The translations under genes and the position numbers were made by a program. A model generated the notes under the pieces. That model was not told the origin of the DNA. It was given only the letters and a program-made list of their open reading frames with translations, and ran no database searches. This document shows, piece after piece, positions 9,805 through 19,634 of a DNA stretch of 40,078 nucleotides. The DNA is taken from the IMG/VR virus record IMGVR_UViG_3300010398_000007, positions 1-40,078 of that record. One strand, written 5' to 3'. The DNA is from a virus (Duplodnaviria; Caudoviricetes). Each line of letters opens with the position of its first letter. The first letter of the stretch is position 1.

Positions 9805-10836
9805 ATGACAACCGGCGTGACGATTTCTCCTATCTACAACAACCTGACGTCTGGAAATCAACCAGCCTCGCTGCTTGATGGATCTTTCGCACAGCTTGCC
9901 GGCCTCATCAATTCTATCTCGCAGTACACACCGGTCTTTGTCGATAGCGGCGCAGTCAATTCCATCGTCGTTTCGATTCCGGGTCCGCTCACCTATACAT
10001 ACAGCGATGGGGTGACGATTGCCGTCAAGATTGCGGTGACGAACACCGGACCCACGGTCGCGAACATTGCCGGACAAGGCAGCGTCTCTGTTGTCAATCA
10101 AGATGGAACCGCGCTCGTCGCTGGACAGCTGGCGGCCAATAAGTTTGCTCTCCTCGTGTACAGCACAACGCTTGGTAAGCTTGTGCTCTATACAGACGCG
10201 AGATTCCCTGGCTCGGTGACGATTGCGGACAGTCAACTGTCGGCGAATGTACCGCTGCTAAACGCCAGCAATGTTTTTGCTCTAAGCACAAACGCAGCGT
10301 TCCGGCAGCAATTCAACAATGTCAACACCGGCACCGGAGCGCAATCTGATATCAGATTCCTGAACAATGCCGATGCTCTCTATGTTGGCATCACCGGCAC
10401 TGGATTTTCTGGAACCGTTTTTACTGGTGGACCATCTACTGAGCATGCATACGTTGGCAATACTGGCAGTGTACCGCTATCCATTGCTTCTGGAGGAACA
10501 GAGAGAATCCGGATCGCTGGCGATGGCTCTGCAATCAATCTAAAGGCGACTGCCGTACAGTCGAATGGGACTGAAGTTGCTAAGGCTCTATCAGGCTCTG
10601 CCACATTTGATTTTTCGAGCATTTCGGCGAATAGTCTCGCCACGACAACCATGACAGTCACCGGTGCATCGGTTGGCGATCCTGTCGCTTTTGGAACTAC
10701 ACTAGGCGCCGTAAATGGACTTATTCCTTACGCGCAAGTGAGCTCAGCAGATACTGTGTCGTACGGATGGTACAACGTAACGGCTGGCGCAATCGACCCA
10801 GCGTCGGCAACTTACAAAGTAAGGGTTTTTAAATGA
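9805..10836 (+). CDS. Tail fibre / receptor-binding protein
   Basis: 343 aa. DSGAVNSIVV...YSDGVTIAVKIAVTNTGPTVANIAG...LVAGQL fibre motif and a TERIRI repeat-like element. Confidence 0.7.
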   Translation: MTTGVTISPIYNNLTSGNQPASLLDGSFAQLAGLINSISQYTPVFVDSGAVNSIVVSIPGPLTYTYSDGVTIAVKIAVTNTGPTVANIAGQGSVSVVNQDGTALVAGQLAANKFALLVYSTTLGKLVLYTDARFPGSVTIADSQLSANVPLLNASNVFALSTNAAFRQQFNNVNTGTGAQSDIRFLNNADALYVGITGTGFSGTVFTGGPSTEHAYVGNTGSVPLSIASGGTERIRIAGDGSAINLKATAVQSNGTEVAKALSGSATFDFSSISANSLATTTMTVTGASVGDPVAFGTTLGAVNGLIPYAQVSSADTVSYGWYNVTAGAIDPASATYKVRVFK

Positions 10837-11216
10837 GATCTATTTTACTAGTTCTAGTTTCCATAACGAGTAGCGGCTGCGCCTCGTTCTCTACTGAAAC
10901 GAAAGCAGAAGAAAGCGCGTGGCAAGCGTTAAATATCACTGACGCAATTCAAACCTATCGCGGTCCTGTGCAGCGGCCGGAATGTTTTCACGAACAAGGT
11001 ACGTATGGAATTCTTCCGGGTCATCCAACGACCACGCAGTTGGCCGCGTGGGCTGTCGGTTGGGGATCATTGCATTTGGGGGTAACGAAACTTCTTTCCG
11101 ATCACTTCGACAATCCATGGCCGACACGCATTTGGGAGATGGTTTCAATCACGAATACAGGGATTATCGTGAGCAACAATGCCAAGACTCTTTTGCATCC
11201 AGTCTGTGCGCCTTGA
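10833..11216 (+). CDS. Predicted lipoprotein
   Basis: MRSILLVLVSITSSG-C: basic N-terminus, hydrophobic stretch and lipobox-like SSGC; ATGA overlap with the fibre gene. Confidence 0.6.
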   Translation: MRSILLVLVSITSSGCASFSTETKAEESAWQALNITDAIQTYRGPVQRPECFHEQGTYGILPGHPTTTQLAAWAVGWGSLHLGVTKLLSDHFDNPWPTRIWEMVSITNTGIIVSNNAKTLLHPVCAP

Positions 11217-11545
11217 TTATTTTCAGCTCCCCCACATTCGGCGATCAGCTCTCGATGGCCTACTTTCTTCAGGACCACAACGAGGTGCACTTCAATTTGA
11301 GCCAAGTAACCGGAAACGTCATAGGATTTACGGATTTGTCAGGCCCGATCGACGAGGATTGGCTCTCGCGCCATCGCTTGCAACACGTCGCGTTCTACAA
11401 CGCGCTCCTGACTCCGGCAGTCGGACTCACTCCGCCATCGATCGTCGATGTACCATCACTTGAGGATGAAGGGGTATTCTATCGTTGGATGCAGGCGCAC
11501 AATGACCTGCACAGTCAACTCGACCAGGCGCTAGGACTTACCTAA
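11213..11545 (+). CDS. His-rich hypothetical virion-module protein
   Basis: TTG start overlapping the previous TGA; DHNEVH, RHRLQH and AHNDLH motifs. Confidence 0.6.
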   Translation: MIIFSSPTFGDQLSMAYFLQDHNEVHFNLSQVTGNVIGFTDLSGPIDEDWLSRHRLQHVAFYNALLTPAVGLTPPSIVDVPSLEDEGVFYRWMQAHNDLHSQLDQALGLT

Positions 11546-13179
11546 TGGCAACCGACATCACAGATCCGACTTACGGCGGTGGGTGGTGGGGAAGCGACCC
11601 ATCGCAGGGCGCGGTGACGGACGAATCGCCGGGGTCGACCGTAACCGACACCTACGACATTCCCGGATTCGATCCTACGAATCCGGGGTATCCCGGAGAC
11701 CCAAGCGCACCAGGGAATCTCTATCCCGATGCGCCTCCAGATACCAGCTCGACCCCAGGCGCGTCTCCTGGAGGTGGACTCAATCTAGGATCCATCGGTA
11801 GCGGATTGTCGAGTCTTTTTGGCGGGGGCAGCGGCCTTGCCAATCTCGGAGTTTACGGCGGCATCGGCGCACTTGGCCTGTACGAAGCCGGCAAGGCTCG
11901 CGATGAGACCAAGCAGTACGGAGCAACACTTCAGAAGGAAGGACAGCCGTTCTATGACGCCGCGACCGGCGCGCTACAGCGTTACCAAACAGGCACGCTC
12001 ATGCCCTGGCAGTCGGCGCAAATTCAGGACTTCATCTCGAGCTCCGATCAGCAGGTGAAGCAAATCCTGTCACAAAACGGCATGGTCGACTCAACCGTGT
12101 TGGCCGGGCAAACGCAACAAATCCAGCGTCAGGCGATGGAGATGACGGGGCAATTCATCGACCAGAACATGAAGGACTCTATTTCGCTGCTCGGCGCCGC
12201 GCAACCCTTCCTCATGGGGGCCGTGAATACCGCAATGCAGGCCGACCAGCAATACGCTAAGACAGTGCAAGAATTCTTGGGGTCTCTGGCTCAAGCCTAT
12301 GCGTATCAGGCCGCTGGGCAAGCGGGAAACAAGGCTGGCGGAGCCGCTGGTGGCGGAGGCATCTTGGGCGCGGCAGGAGGGCTTTTAAATAAGGCTGGCG
12401 GCGCGATCGGAGATTGGCTCGGAGGCGCTGGCGGAGCTGGCAGTACGGCCGCAGATGTCGCCGGAGCAGTGGGTGGAATTGGAGCCGGAGCCGGAATTTC
12501 AGGCGTTCCAGGAGGCGCTCCGACTCCGGATGGGTCGGTGTCGGTTGAGCCAGGAGCAACCGGATCATTGCCATCAACCATACCGATTGGGATCGGCGGT
12601 GGAATCGGAGGCGCACTCGGTGGCGGTGTTCCGGCTGGAAGTATTTCCGTTGAGGGGCTCACCGGAGCAACCGGTGGAGCTGGCCCGACTGCGGTGGTCG
12701 GAGGTGGCGCGGCAGCCGCTCCGGAAGCCCCAGGCGTGCTCTCTGCTGGCAGTACTAGCGAGGCGATTGGTAATGCGATTGCAACGGGTGGGCCGATTGC
12801 TGTCGCTGCCTTGATTGCGTACGGATTTGCGGATGCCATCGGGAAGTGGACCGCAGGAAATCCACAGGGGAACGTCACGCGCGATTGGAATCAGATGCTG
12901 GGCGGAGTGACGCCAAGCAACGCCTATCAGTGGCTGCAAGATGGTGTCGACGCCAAACAATTCACGCGCGCGCAGGCCGACCAGATGTGGGCAACGATGC
13001 AGCGCGATGCCGCAGCCGATCCGAATTACTGGAATACCCTCACGCAGCATCTGCGACAATCGACCGACGCCGTCAATCAAAGCGGTCGGCAGATCGGGTC
13101 GCAATCCCAGGGGCAAGGCAGCCAGGGCACGACAGAACCACAAATCGGTGACATCAATCTCTACGGACTTGGTCCATGA
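11545..13179 (+). CDS. Internal virion / DNA ejection protein 1 (Gly-rich)
   Basis: 544 aa, Gly/Ala-rich with a Gln-rich helical part; position typical of podovirus ejection proteins. Confidence 0.6.
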   Translation: MATDITDPTYGGGWWGSDPSQGAVTDESPGSTVTDTYDIPGFDPTNPGYPGDPSAPGNLYPDAPPDTSSTPGASPGGGLNLGSIGSGLSSLFGGGSGLANLGVYGGIGALGLYEAGKARDETKQYGATLQKEGQPFYDAATGALQRYQTGTLMPWQSAQIQDFISSSDQQVKQILSQNGMVDSTVLAGQTQQIQRQAMEMTGQFIDQNMKDSISLLGAAQPFLMGAVNTAMQADQQYAKTVQEFLGSLAQAYAYQAAGQAGNKAGGAAGGGGILGAAGGLLNKAGGAIGDWLGGAGGAGSTAADVAGAVGGIGAGAGISGVPGGAPTPDGSVSVEPGATGSLPSTIPIGIGGGIGGALGGGVPAGSISVEGLTGATGGAGPTAVVGGGAAAAPEAPGVLSAGSTSEAIGNAIATGGPIAVAALIAYGFADAIGKWTAGNPQGNVTRDWNQMLGGVTPSNAYQWLQDGVDAKQFTRAQADQMWATMQRDAAADPNYWNTLTQHLRQSTDAVNQSGRQIGSQSQGQGSQGTTEPQIGDINLYGLGP

Positions 13180-14321
13180 ACGCGCTTCAAGATCAGCTCT
13201 CTCCACCCGTTGAGCCGCCCGATCTCTCGGAGCTCGAGACCGAGCGTAAGGCATATGTTGCTAAGCGCGACGCGGCAACGGATGAGGCGGTGACGAGGCG
13301 GCGTCAAGCCGCAGATAAGGAACTTGAGTTTGCGGACGAGGAAGAGAAGCATCTCAATGCTCTCGAGGGCGCAAGTCCTCCCGTCAATCACATGCAGGAA
13401 GTGATGAAGGGCGCGCCGATGCTCATGATCCTCACGGCGATCGGCGGGCAACTGACTCGCTCAAGCGGAATGGCGATGCTCTCCGGGATGACTGGCATGA
13501 TGAATGGATTGACGGCCGGTTCTCGCCAGCAATACGAGGACGCCTACAAGGACTTTCGAACCAATTACGAGCAGCAACGAGATCGTATGGCGCTCATGCA
13601 GCGTATCTACGATCAACGCCTCGATGCATACAAGGGGCGCGCGGACGCAGCACAACTTGCGGCGAAGGCTGCGCACGATGCGATCGGAGACATCACGCAG
13701 CAAGAGCAGAATCTCATCTCCAATTTTAAGACGCAGCAAAATATCCAACTGCAACTCGATAAGCTCGCGGAGCAGGCGCAGAACCATCGTGACATGATGG
13801 ACGTTCGCCAGCAGCTTGCGGATATTCAGCAGCAGCGCGCCGATACGTATCGCACGAAGCAGGAGAATGCGGCTGGCGCACAAAAGCAGCAGCAGGCGAT
13901 CGAGGATTCGTTGCGGCAGATCGATGACTTACTGGCCATTCAGGATGAACACAGTATGGTGACTGGCGCCGGTGGATTTGTCCGCCGGATGGGCGAGGTG
14001 GGTGAAACTATTTTCACCGACTCCGCAGACATTCCGGCACACAAATACCAATCCGGGATGGACTCACTGATGGCGATCTTGCCGCAGGCGATGTCGATCA
14101 AGGGGCAGCTGCGCAAGGACCAGCAAGCGCATCTCGAGGAAGCATTCAACACGTTGAAGGCTGGGGCGACTGGAGCTGTAGCGCGCGAGAAACTACAAAC
14201 TTTGCGGGACATTTTGAGCAAGCAGAGCACTGTCTATAAATACGAGGTCGGCAAGACCTACAAAGATGCGAACGGAAAAAAAGCAGTCTACAAGGGTAAC
14301 GGCGAGTGGGAGTCGAAGTAA
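13176..14321 (+). CDS. Internal virion / ejection protein 2
   Basis: 381-aa coiled coil with a hydrophobic Met/Gly segment; ATGA coupling. Confidence 0.6.
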   Translation: MNALQDQLSPPVEPPDLSELETERKAYVAKRDAATDEAVTRRRQAADKELEFADEEEKHLNALEGASPPVNHMQEVMKGAPMLMILTAIGGQLTRSSGMAMLSGMTGMMNGLTAGSRQQYEDAYKDFRTNYEQQRDRMALMQRIYDQRLDAYKGRADAAQLAAKAAHDAIGDITQQEQNLISNFKTQQNIQLQLDKLAEQAQNHRDMMDVRQQLADIQQQRADTYRTKQENAAGAQKQQQAIEDSLRQIDDLLAIQDEHSMVTGAGGFVRRMGEVGETIFTDSADIPAHKYQSGMDSLMAILPQAMSIKGQLRKDQQAHLEEAFNTLKAGATGAVAREKLQTLRDILSKQSTVYKYEVGKTYKDANGKKAVYKGNGEWESK

Positions 14322-17248
14322 TGCCATTCGACCCGTCGACCGCAAAACCTGACGAGTCGAGCTTCGATCCGTCTACGGCCACTCCAGAGGATGCACCAAC
14401 ATCCACCCCGAGCGGCACGATCATCGATCGTACGCAACGTCGCAGTGATCCAGAAGCAGCCCGCCGTTGGCAAGAGCAGCACGACACATCGCGTCGTCTA
14501 ACTTTCTTGGATGAGGTGGCAATTGCCAGCGCCGATGGCAACCAAGAAGAAATTGACGCTTACCTAGAAGGCACCTACGGCAAGGGGAAAAAGAAAGCAA
14601 AAGAACCTGGTGCCGCCGCCAAGATCGCCGCCGATTCTCCGGTCATCGGAGGGATGATGATTGGCGCCGCGGAAGGCGCAGAGCTTGGCTTAGCGGGCGG
14701 GCCATTCGCCGAATTCACCGCGCCCATCGGTGCCATCGGCGGCGCTGTGATCGGCGGGGTTGCCGGTAAAACCCTCATCGAAGGGTCGAAGATGGCTATG
14801 GGGCGCTACAAAAAAACACCCGGACAGTATGTCGAAGCGCTCAATAGAACTGCCGTCGAGAGCGCGACTGGTGAGGCTGGCGGACGAGTCATCGGTAAAG
14901 TGGCAGAACCAGTTGTGAAGGCCGTAGGCAAAGCAGCCACCGGTGCACGCCGATGGTTTACGGGAACGACACCAAAGACCGAAGCGCTAACACGAGAGGT
15001 CGTCGGCGAGGGCGCTATTCCGCCTTTGAGCTCGACGCTCCCTGATATGAAGCGCTTGCAGCGCATCGAGGAGCTGTCCCGCCGCATCGTAGGGCCACCG
15101 CATACACAGCGCGCGGCTAACGAGAAGTGGGTCGACGATACGCTACGCGATGTTTTAAAGCGTTCAGGGATTGCCGATAGCCATCTCGATGCAGTTTTGG
15201 CCGAGATCAAAGAACCCTCGGGCGCGATGTCGACGACCGAGCTTGGCGAGCACATCAAGTCAGCGGTGACTGCTCACCAAGACATGCTCACGAACGCCGT
15301 TACCAAGGAAGTGAAGTCTATTGAGTCGCAAGTTGATGAGCAGATGAAGCATCTGACCGCGCTCACTGATCGGTACGATCCTGGTGACTTAGGCGTCGAT
15401 GTCTCTGCCGGTATCTCACAGGCGCGCAAGACATTCGCGACCGCGGCCAACAAACTCTACACGCGCATCGATCAACTCACAGGCGGCAAGCCCATCGTGC
15501 CGGTGCAATTAATTCGTAAAGAGGCGCAGGCCCTCGCGCGTCGTTTGCCGCAATCTCAAACTCCTGGGCTCGTGCGTGAGGCCACACAACTCAATGCGTC
15601 AGGAGAGAGCTCAGCAAGCCTTGAGGCGATCAGTCGTGTCTCTCAGGAGAAGGCCGCAGGGCAAGTTCGCGCCGTCATCGAGGCCGACGGCACGGTGCGA
15701 CCGATCACAGGTGTCGATGCGGTCGATGCCTCCGCTCGCGACGGGCAAGTCATCGTGCAGCGCGGCGTCGGCGCGAATGAGTGGACTGTGCTCGACCGTG
15801 GCGGGAAGTCGCAGACGCAGATCAACGGTATTTTGAATGCGTCCAAGGGCAAGCTCGATGAGCTTGCAGCAGCAAATCGTCCGGCTCCTGGGAAGCCAGC
15901 GCGTGCCGCGACGCTCGACGCCGACGCCATGCTCCTCAAAGAATTTGGCATTGATCTCTCGAAAGCCATGGACGGGAAAATCCCACTTGCCGATGCACAG
16001 CGATTTCGCTCGATTCTGCGCGAGAAAGCTGCGTCGAATGACCTCACCCCAGGGGTCATCAAGGGCGACCTCTCTCGGCTCATGACCGCCTTCGATGCCT
16101 CAATCGACAAAGCCGCTCTCAATCCAGCCGCCGCCCCCGCCGTCAAACTGTTGCGTCAAACTAACAAGTGGTATGGAGACAACATTGCGAAGTTTACCGA
16201 CGCGCGCATCAACCAGCTTGCGAAGGCAGCTGACTCTGGTACGCCACCAAACCCCGAGGAGATCGCGCGTCTTTTTATTGATCCACGTAATTCCGCTCGC
16301 GTGTCGACGCTGCGCAAGATGGTTGGCGAGGACACGTTCCGTCGTGTCGCAATCGCCGACTGGAATCGCATGGTACAAGGCGCAACGGACGGCGCGACCG
16401 GGCAAATCACCGGCATCAAACTCTTGCGCGAGCTAGGCTCACGCGGTGACATGCTGGATGACATCTACGGTAAGGAAACCGCGGGGCGTATGCGTCGCTA
16501 TGCCGAGGGGCTTGCGGCGATCGATGGTAAGGTGTCAGCGGAAGCGATGTCTCCGGGGAAGATGAAGGCCACGATGGAGGCGATGGAGACGGCGCAGAAG
16601 AACCTCGATGCGTTCATGAAGGACAACTACCTCTCGGCTCTTTCTAATCCGAGAGTCTCACCGGAAGCGGCTTATCGCTGGATTGTGAAGCCCGGTCGTA
16701 CCGATCAGTTACGAAAGGCATGGAAACTATTTCCGGAAGGATCGCCGCAGCGTGTTGGCATTCAGCAGCAAGCAACCAAAGAACTTGCGGCGCAGATCGA
16801 AACATTGACCGATCGCGGTAAGGGCAAAGTCGGCGGTGAGATTCGTGATATACTTAATAAGTATACAGCCGAGCAAAAGGAGATGCTGTTCCCGAATGGT
16901 TTGGCGGAGGATTTGAATCACATCTCTGACAAGATCGAATTTGTGTTCAGCAAACTGTCCGATGAGAGTATGGCCGGAATGTCGGCAGGCAGTAAGCTCG
17001 GGCTTCCGATCGTTGACTATTTATGGACAACGGCGGTGAAAGGCGTGCAGCGCCGGATCGTGCAAAGTCCGTCGGTGGTTCGCGCGCTGTCGCTCGGACT
17101 CAAACTAGATACACCGGCGACCGAGCAGGCGATCAAACTTTTAGTACGCGATGCGATCTACGAAGGCGTGCAAGATGACGACGGTGGGCAAGGCGATCAA
17201 TCCGGACTTGGACGAAGCAATCAAACAGGAATTGCTGCGAATCAGTAA
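14321..17248 (+). CDS. Large internal virion / ejection protein 3
   Basis: About 975 aa from ATG 14321 (TAATG overlap), with a GGxxGxxxG hydrophobic hairpin near the N-terminus. Confidence 0.65.
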   Translation: MPFDPSTAKPDESSFDPSTATPEDAPTSTPSGTIIDRTQRRSDPEAARRWQEQHDTSRRLTFLDEVAIASADGNQEEIDAYLEGTYGKGKKKAKEPGAAAKIAADSPVIGGMMIGAAEGAELGLAGGPFAEFTAPIGAIGGAVIGGVAGKTLIEGSKMAMGRYKKTPGQYVEALNRTAVESATGEAGGRVIGKVAEPVVKAVGKAATGARRWFTGTTPKTEALTREVVGEGAIPPLSSTLPDMKRLQRIEELSRRIVGPPHTQRAANEKWVDDTLRDVLKRSGIADSHLDAVLAEIKEPSGAMSTTELGEHIKSAVTAHQDMLTNAVTKEVKSIESQVDEQMKHLTALTDRYDPGDLGVDVSAGISQARKTFATAANKLYTRIDQLTGGKPIVPVQLIRKEAQALARRLPQSQTPGLVREATQLNASGESSASLEAISRVSQEKAAGQVRAVIEADGTVRPITGVDAVDASARDGQVIVQRGVGANEWTVLDRGGKSQTQINGILNASKGKLDELAAANRPAPGKPARAATLDADAMLLKEFGIDLSKAMDGKIPLADAQRFRSILREKAASNDLTPGVIKGDLSRLMTAFDASIDKAALNPAAAPAVKLLRQTNKWYGDNIAKFTDARINQLAKAADSGTPPNPEEIARLFIDPRNSARVSTLRKMVGEDTFRRVAIADWNRMVQGATDGATGQITGIKLLRELGSRGDMLDDIYGKETAGRMRRYAEGLAAIDGKVSAEAMSPGKMKATMEAMETAQKNLDAFMKDNYLSALSNPRVSPEAAYRWIVKPGRTDQLRKAWKLFPEGSPQRVGIQQQATKELAAQIETLTDRGKGKVGGEIRDILNKYTAEQKEMLFPNGLAEDLNHISDKIEFVFSKLSDESMAGMSAGSKLGLPIVDYLWTTAVKGVQRRIVQSPSVVRALSLGLKLDTPATEQAIKLLVRDAIYEGVQDDDGGQGDQSGLGRSNQTGIAANQ

Positions 17249-17390
17249 AGCTGACAGAAAAGGCGACCTTGAGGTTCCTCTCGTCGAGCGTCTTAAGGTC
17301 ATCGCTGCCGCGATGAAGTGGGAGCAGATCAAGCACAACATCAAGCCCGAAGAAGAAGAGCCGGGGTCGTCACTTTTGGGTGGCAAATGA
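17175..17390 (+). CDS. Hypothetical protein
   Basis: 71 aa, overlaps the 3' end of the previous gene, ATGA coupling downstream. Confidence 0.55.
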   Translation: MTTVGKAINPDLDEAIKQELLRISKADRKGDLEVPLVERLKVIAAAMKWEQIKHNIKPEEEEPGSSLLGGK

Positions 17391-17605
17391 ACGCACGGGA
17401 CTTTCAGTTAAGCGCAATTCAATTGGGCCTAGCAGCGATGGGGCAGCGCGCGGCCGTCTTTATCGGTCTCCTGGCGAGCCTAGGGCTATTCGTGACCGCT
17501 CTCGTCCTTCAGACCTGGATGGCGCTGGCGACTGCCGGAGGATTTGCGGTTGTGGTATTTTGGCCACTATTGATCGCCAATCGAGGCCGATCTAGCGAGG
17601 GGTAA
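17387..17605 (+). CDS. Small two-TM membrane protein (holin-like)
   Basis: 72 aa with two hydrophobic helices (AVFIGLLASLGLFVTALVL and MALATAGGFAVVVFWPLLI). Confidence 0.55.
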   Translation: MNARDFQLSAIQLGLAAMGQRAAVFIGLLASLGLFVTALVLQTWMALATAGGFAVVVFWPLLIANRGRSSEG

Positions 17606-17799
17606 TGGCAGTTGTTAGCGGGGGATTGAGCCGCTACATGTGGCAGGGGTTGTCGAGTGATGTGAAGCCCACCGACAACCGCGTCGGCGTGAACGACGTT
17701 TTTTTTGAAACCGACACCGGCCGTTATTTCTTGTGGAACCTGAAGACGGCGACGTGGAATGTGTCTTCGTTTAGGCCACCCATGGGGTTACTGCAATGA
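17605..17799 (+). CDS. Small virion-associated protein, paralogous to the N-terminus of the next gene
   Basis: 64 aa, GAGGGG RBS; aligns by eye with residues 1-55 of 17796-19634. Confidence 0.65.
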   Translation: MAVVSGGLSRYMWQGLSSDVKPTDNRVGVNDVFFETDTGRYFLWNLKTATWNVSSFRPPMGLLQ

Positions 17800-19634
17800 C
17801 CGTTACGGCTGCCGGAGTCTCCCGAACTTTATGGCAGTGTCTCGTCGCCGACACGAAGCCAACCGTCAACGTCAGCACCAACGATATCCTGTTCGTCTCA
17901 GATGCCGGGCAGTATTTCATTGCTCGCGTCGACGCCAACGTGGTGACGTGGAATGCCTATAACCCAGTCGGGTTTGGTGCGACGCAGTTTCCGCAAGTGA
18001 GTCTAGCGAGGCCGCTCTCGATGGCTGCTTTGGGCGATTCGATTACGGCTGGTTGCATGGGTTCATCGCAGGATATGGGTTTTCTGGCAGGTATTAATCC
18101 GCCTTATACCTATTCACAATTTTCAAGCTGGCTAGAAACATCGCACAAGAGCTATGAAGGCAATTCCTGGATCAGCTATGCATCCATGCGCGCGGATGCC
18201 GCCTTCTATCCCTTCGAATATTGCTACGGATACGGCGGGCAAGGAACCGCGACGTGCCTCAATAAGCAATTGCCGATCCTGCTTCAAAATCCGTACGGAC
18301 TACCGGATTGCGTCACGGTGCTCGATGGCACGAACGACAGCCCGACTGGGCAAAATCTAACCCCAGCACAGTGCGCAGCCAACCTCAAGGCGATTTGTCA
18401 GCAGCTTCTAGCCGCTGGGATCGTTCCTTTTTTGTGTCAGCTGCTGCCGCGACCCGACGGAACGCTTACATTTACTGCGAGCGTCGGCGGTGCGGGGAGC
18501 GGCACGCTTCAGTCGGGAGGCAATCTAAATGGTGGCTTGACGCTCACCGCAGGGACCTACCCGATTACCTTTTCAACGGGAGAAATTCGTTACGGAACAT
18601 CGAATGGGGCCAATCCATCGGTAATTAGTTGGTCGCCGAATATTGGTGCCGGAACAGTAACGCAGTGCAATTATGCGGGCGCGTACTCTCAGTTTGTCGA
18701 TAACGTCAATCTCTACATCGGTCGCATTGCCAATGAGCTTGGCATTCCGCTCGTTCCATTTTTTGACCGCCTCACGAATGGACACGGAGATTGGGCGAAG
18801 AATCATCTTTCCGGTGCAGGTACGCGGTGGACAGCGGACGGAACCCATCCCATGGGACCTGGCGCCATGGTCATGGGGAAAGTTCTTGCTGAAGTCTTTC
18901 AACGCTGGTTCCCAAACGCTAGGCGCAACCAGCTTCCGGCTTTGATCAACAACCCATCGAACACCTGGGCGCATCAAAACCAGAATTTTACCCTCTACTT
19001 GGGGACGCTTAACTCTCCGAGCAGCACACCCGATGTTACTGCGCCAGGCGGTTGGCAATTTCAACCGGGGCAAAAACAGATCGGTCGCATTATTGACAGT
19101 ACGTTCTCTGAGGCTGGCATCGGACATACGATGCGAAAAAACTTCACAGGAAGCCCAGCCGATACGCCGACGTATCAAGGGTATTCGTGGAACTACTTTG
19201 GCGATGGTGTCAATCAGATCAGCTGTGCAGGACGAACAATCGCAGTCACGGCGCGCACTGCGAATGCAAATGGTTCAACAATTACTCCGGGCGATCGAAT
19301 TGCAATCTGCTTTCAGCTCAAGACCGTATTCGATCCGCTCGCAGCCAGTACCGGGGAAGTGCAGATATTTGTTCAAACGAATACGGGCGTTCGACTCGGC
19401 GGCTACCTAACGACAGGTGGAGGACAAATTGATGCTGTGCAGATTGGCGGTGAGTCCGGATTTGAATCCGGATGTTATTACCAAGAGGTCACAGTTCCGG
19501 TCGGTGGCATCGTGGTTATCAATGCTTTTTACAAGATGCAGAATCACGCCGGCGCATCGAATGTCGGAGACAACTGCTACCTAGCTAATCTGTCTCTCTT
19601 CAATCTAACGACAGGACAGATCTTACTGCCATGA
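17796..19634 (+). CDS. SGNH/GDSL hydrolase-domain virion protein (putative esterase tailspike)
   Basis: All four SGNH blocks present: LGDSIT, GYGGQG, DGTND, DGTHP. Beta-rich C-terminal domain. Confidence 0.8.
   Translation: MTVTAAGVSRTLWQCLVADTKPTVNVSTNDILFVSDAGQYFIARVDANVVTWNAYNPVGFGATQFPQVSLARPLSMAALGDSITAGCMGSSQDMGFLAGINPPYTYSQFSSWLETSHKSYEGNSWISYASMRADAAFYPFEYCYGYGGQGTATCLNKQLPILLQNPYGLPDCVTVLDGTNDSPTGQNLTPAQCAANLKAICQQLLAAGIVPFLCQLLPRPDGTLTFTASVGGAGSGTLQSGGNLNGGLTLTAGTYPITFSTGEIRYGTSNGANPSVISWSPNIGAGTVTQCNYAGAYSQFVDNVNLYIGRIANELGIPLVPFFDRLTNGHGDWAKNHLSGAGTRWTADGTHPMGPGAMVMGKVLAEVFQRWFPNARRNQLPALINNPSNTWAHQNQNFTLYLGTLNSPSSTPDVTAPGGWQFQPGQKQIGRIIDSTFSEAGIGHTMRKNFTGSPADTPTYQGYSWNYFGDGVNQISCAGRTIAVTARTANANGSTITPGDRIAICFQLKTVFDPLAASTGEVQIFVQTNTGVRLGGYLTTGGGQIDAVQIGGESGFESGCYYQEVTVPVGGIVVINAFYKMQNHAGASNVGDNCYLANLSLFNLTTGQILLP

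Noticed and set aside
9805-19634. Diversity-generating retroelement acting on the fibre or tailspike
   Set aside because: No reverse transcriptase and no template/variable repeat pair seen.
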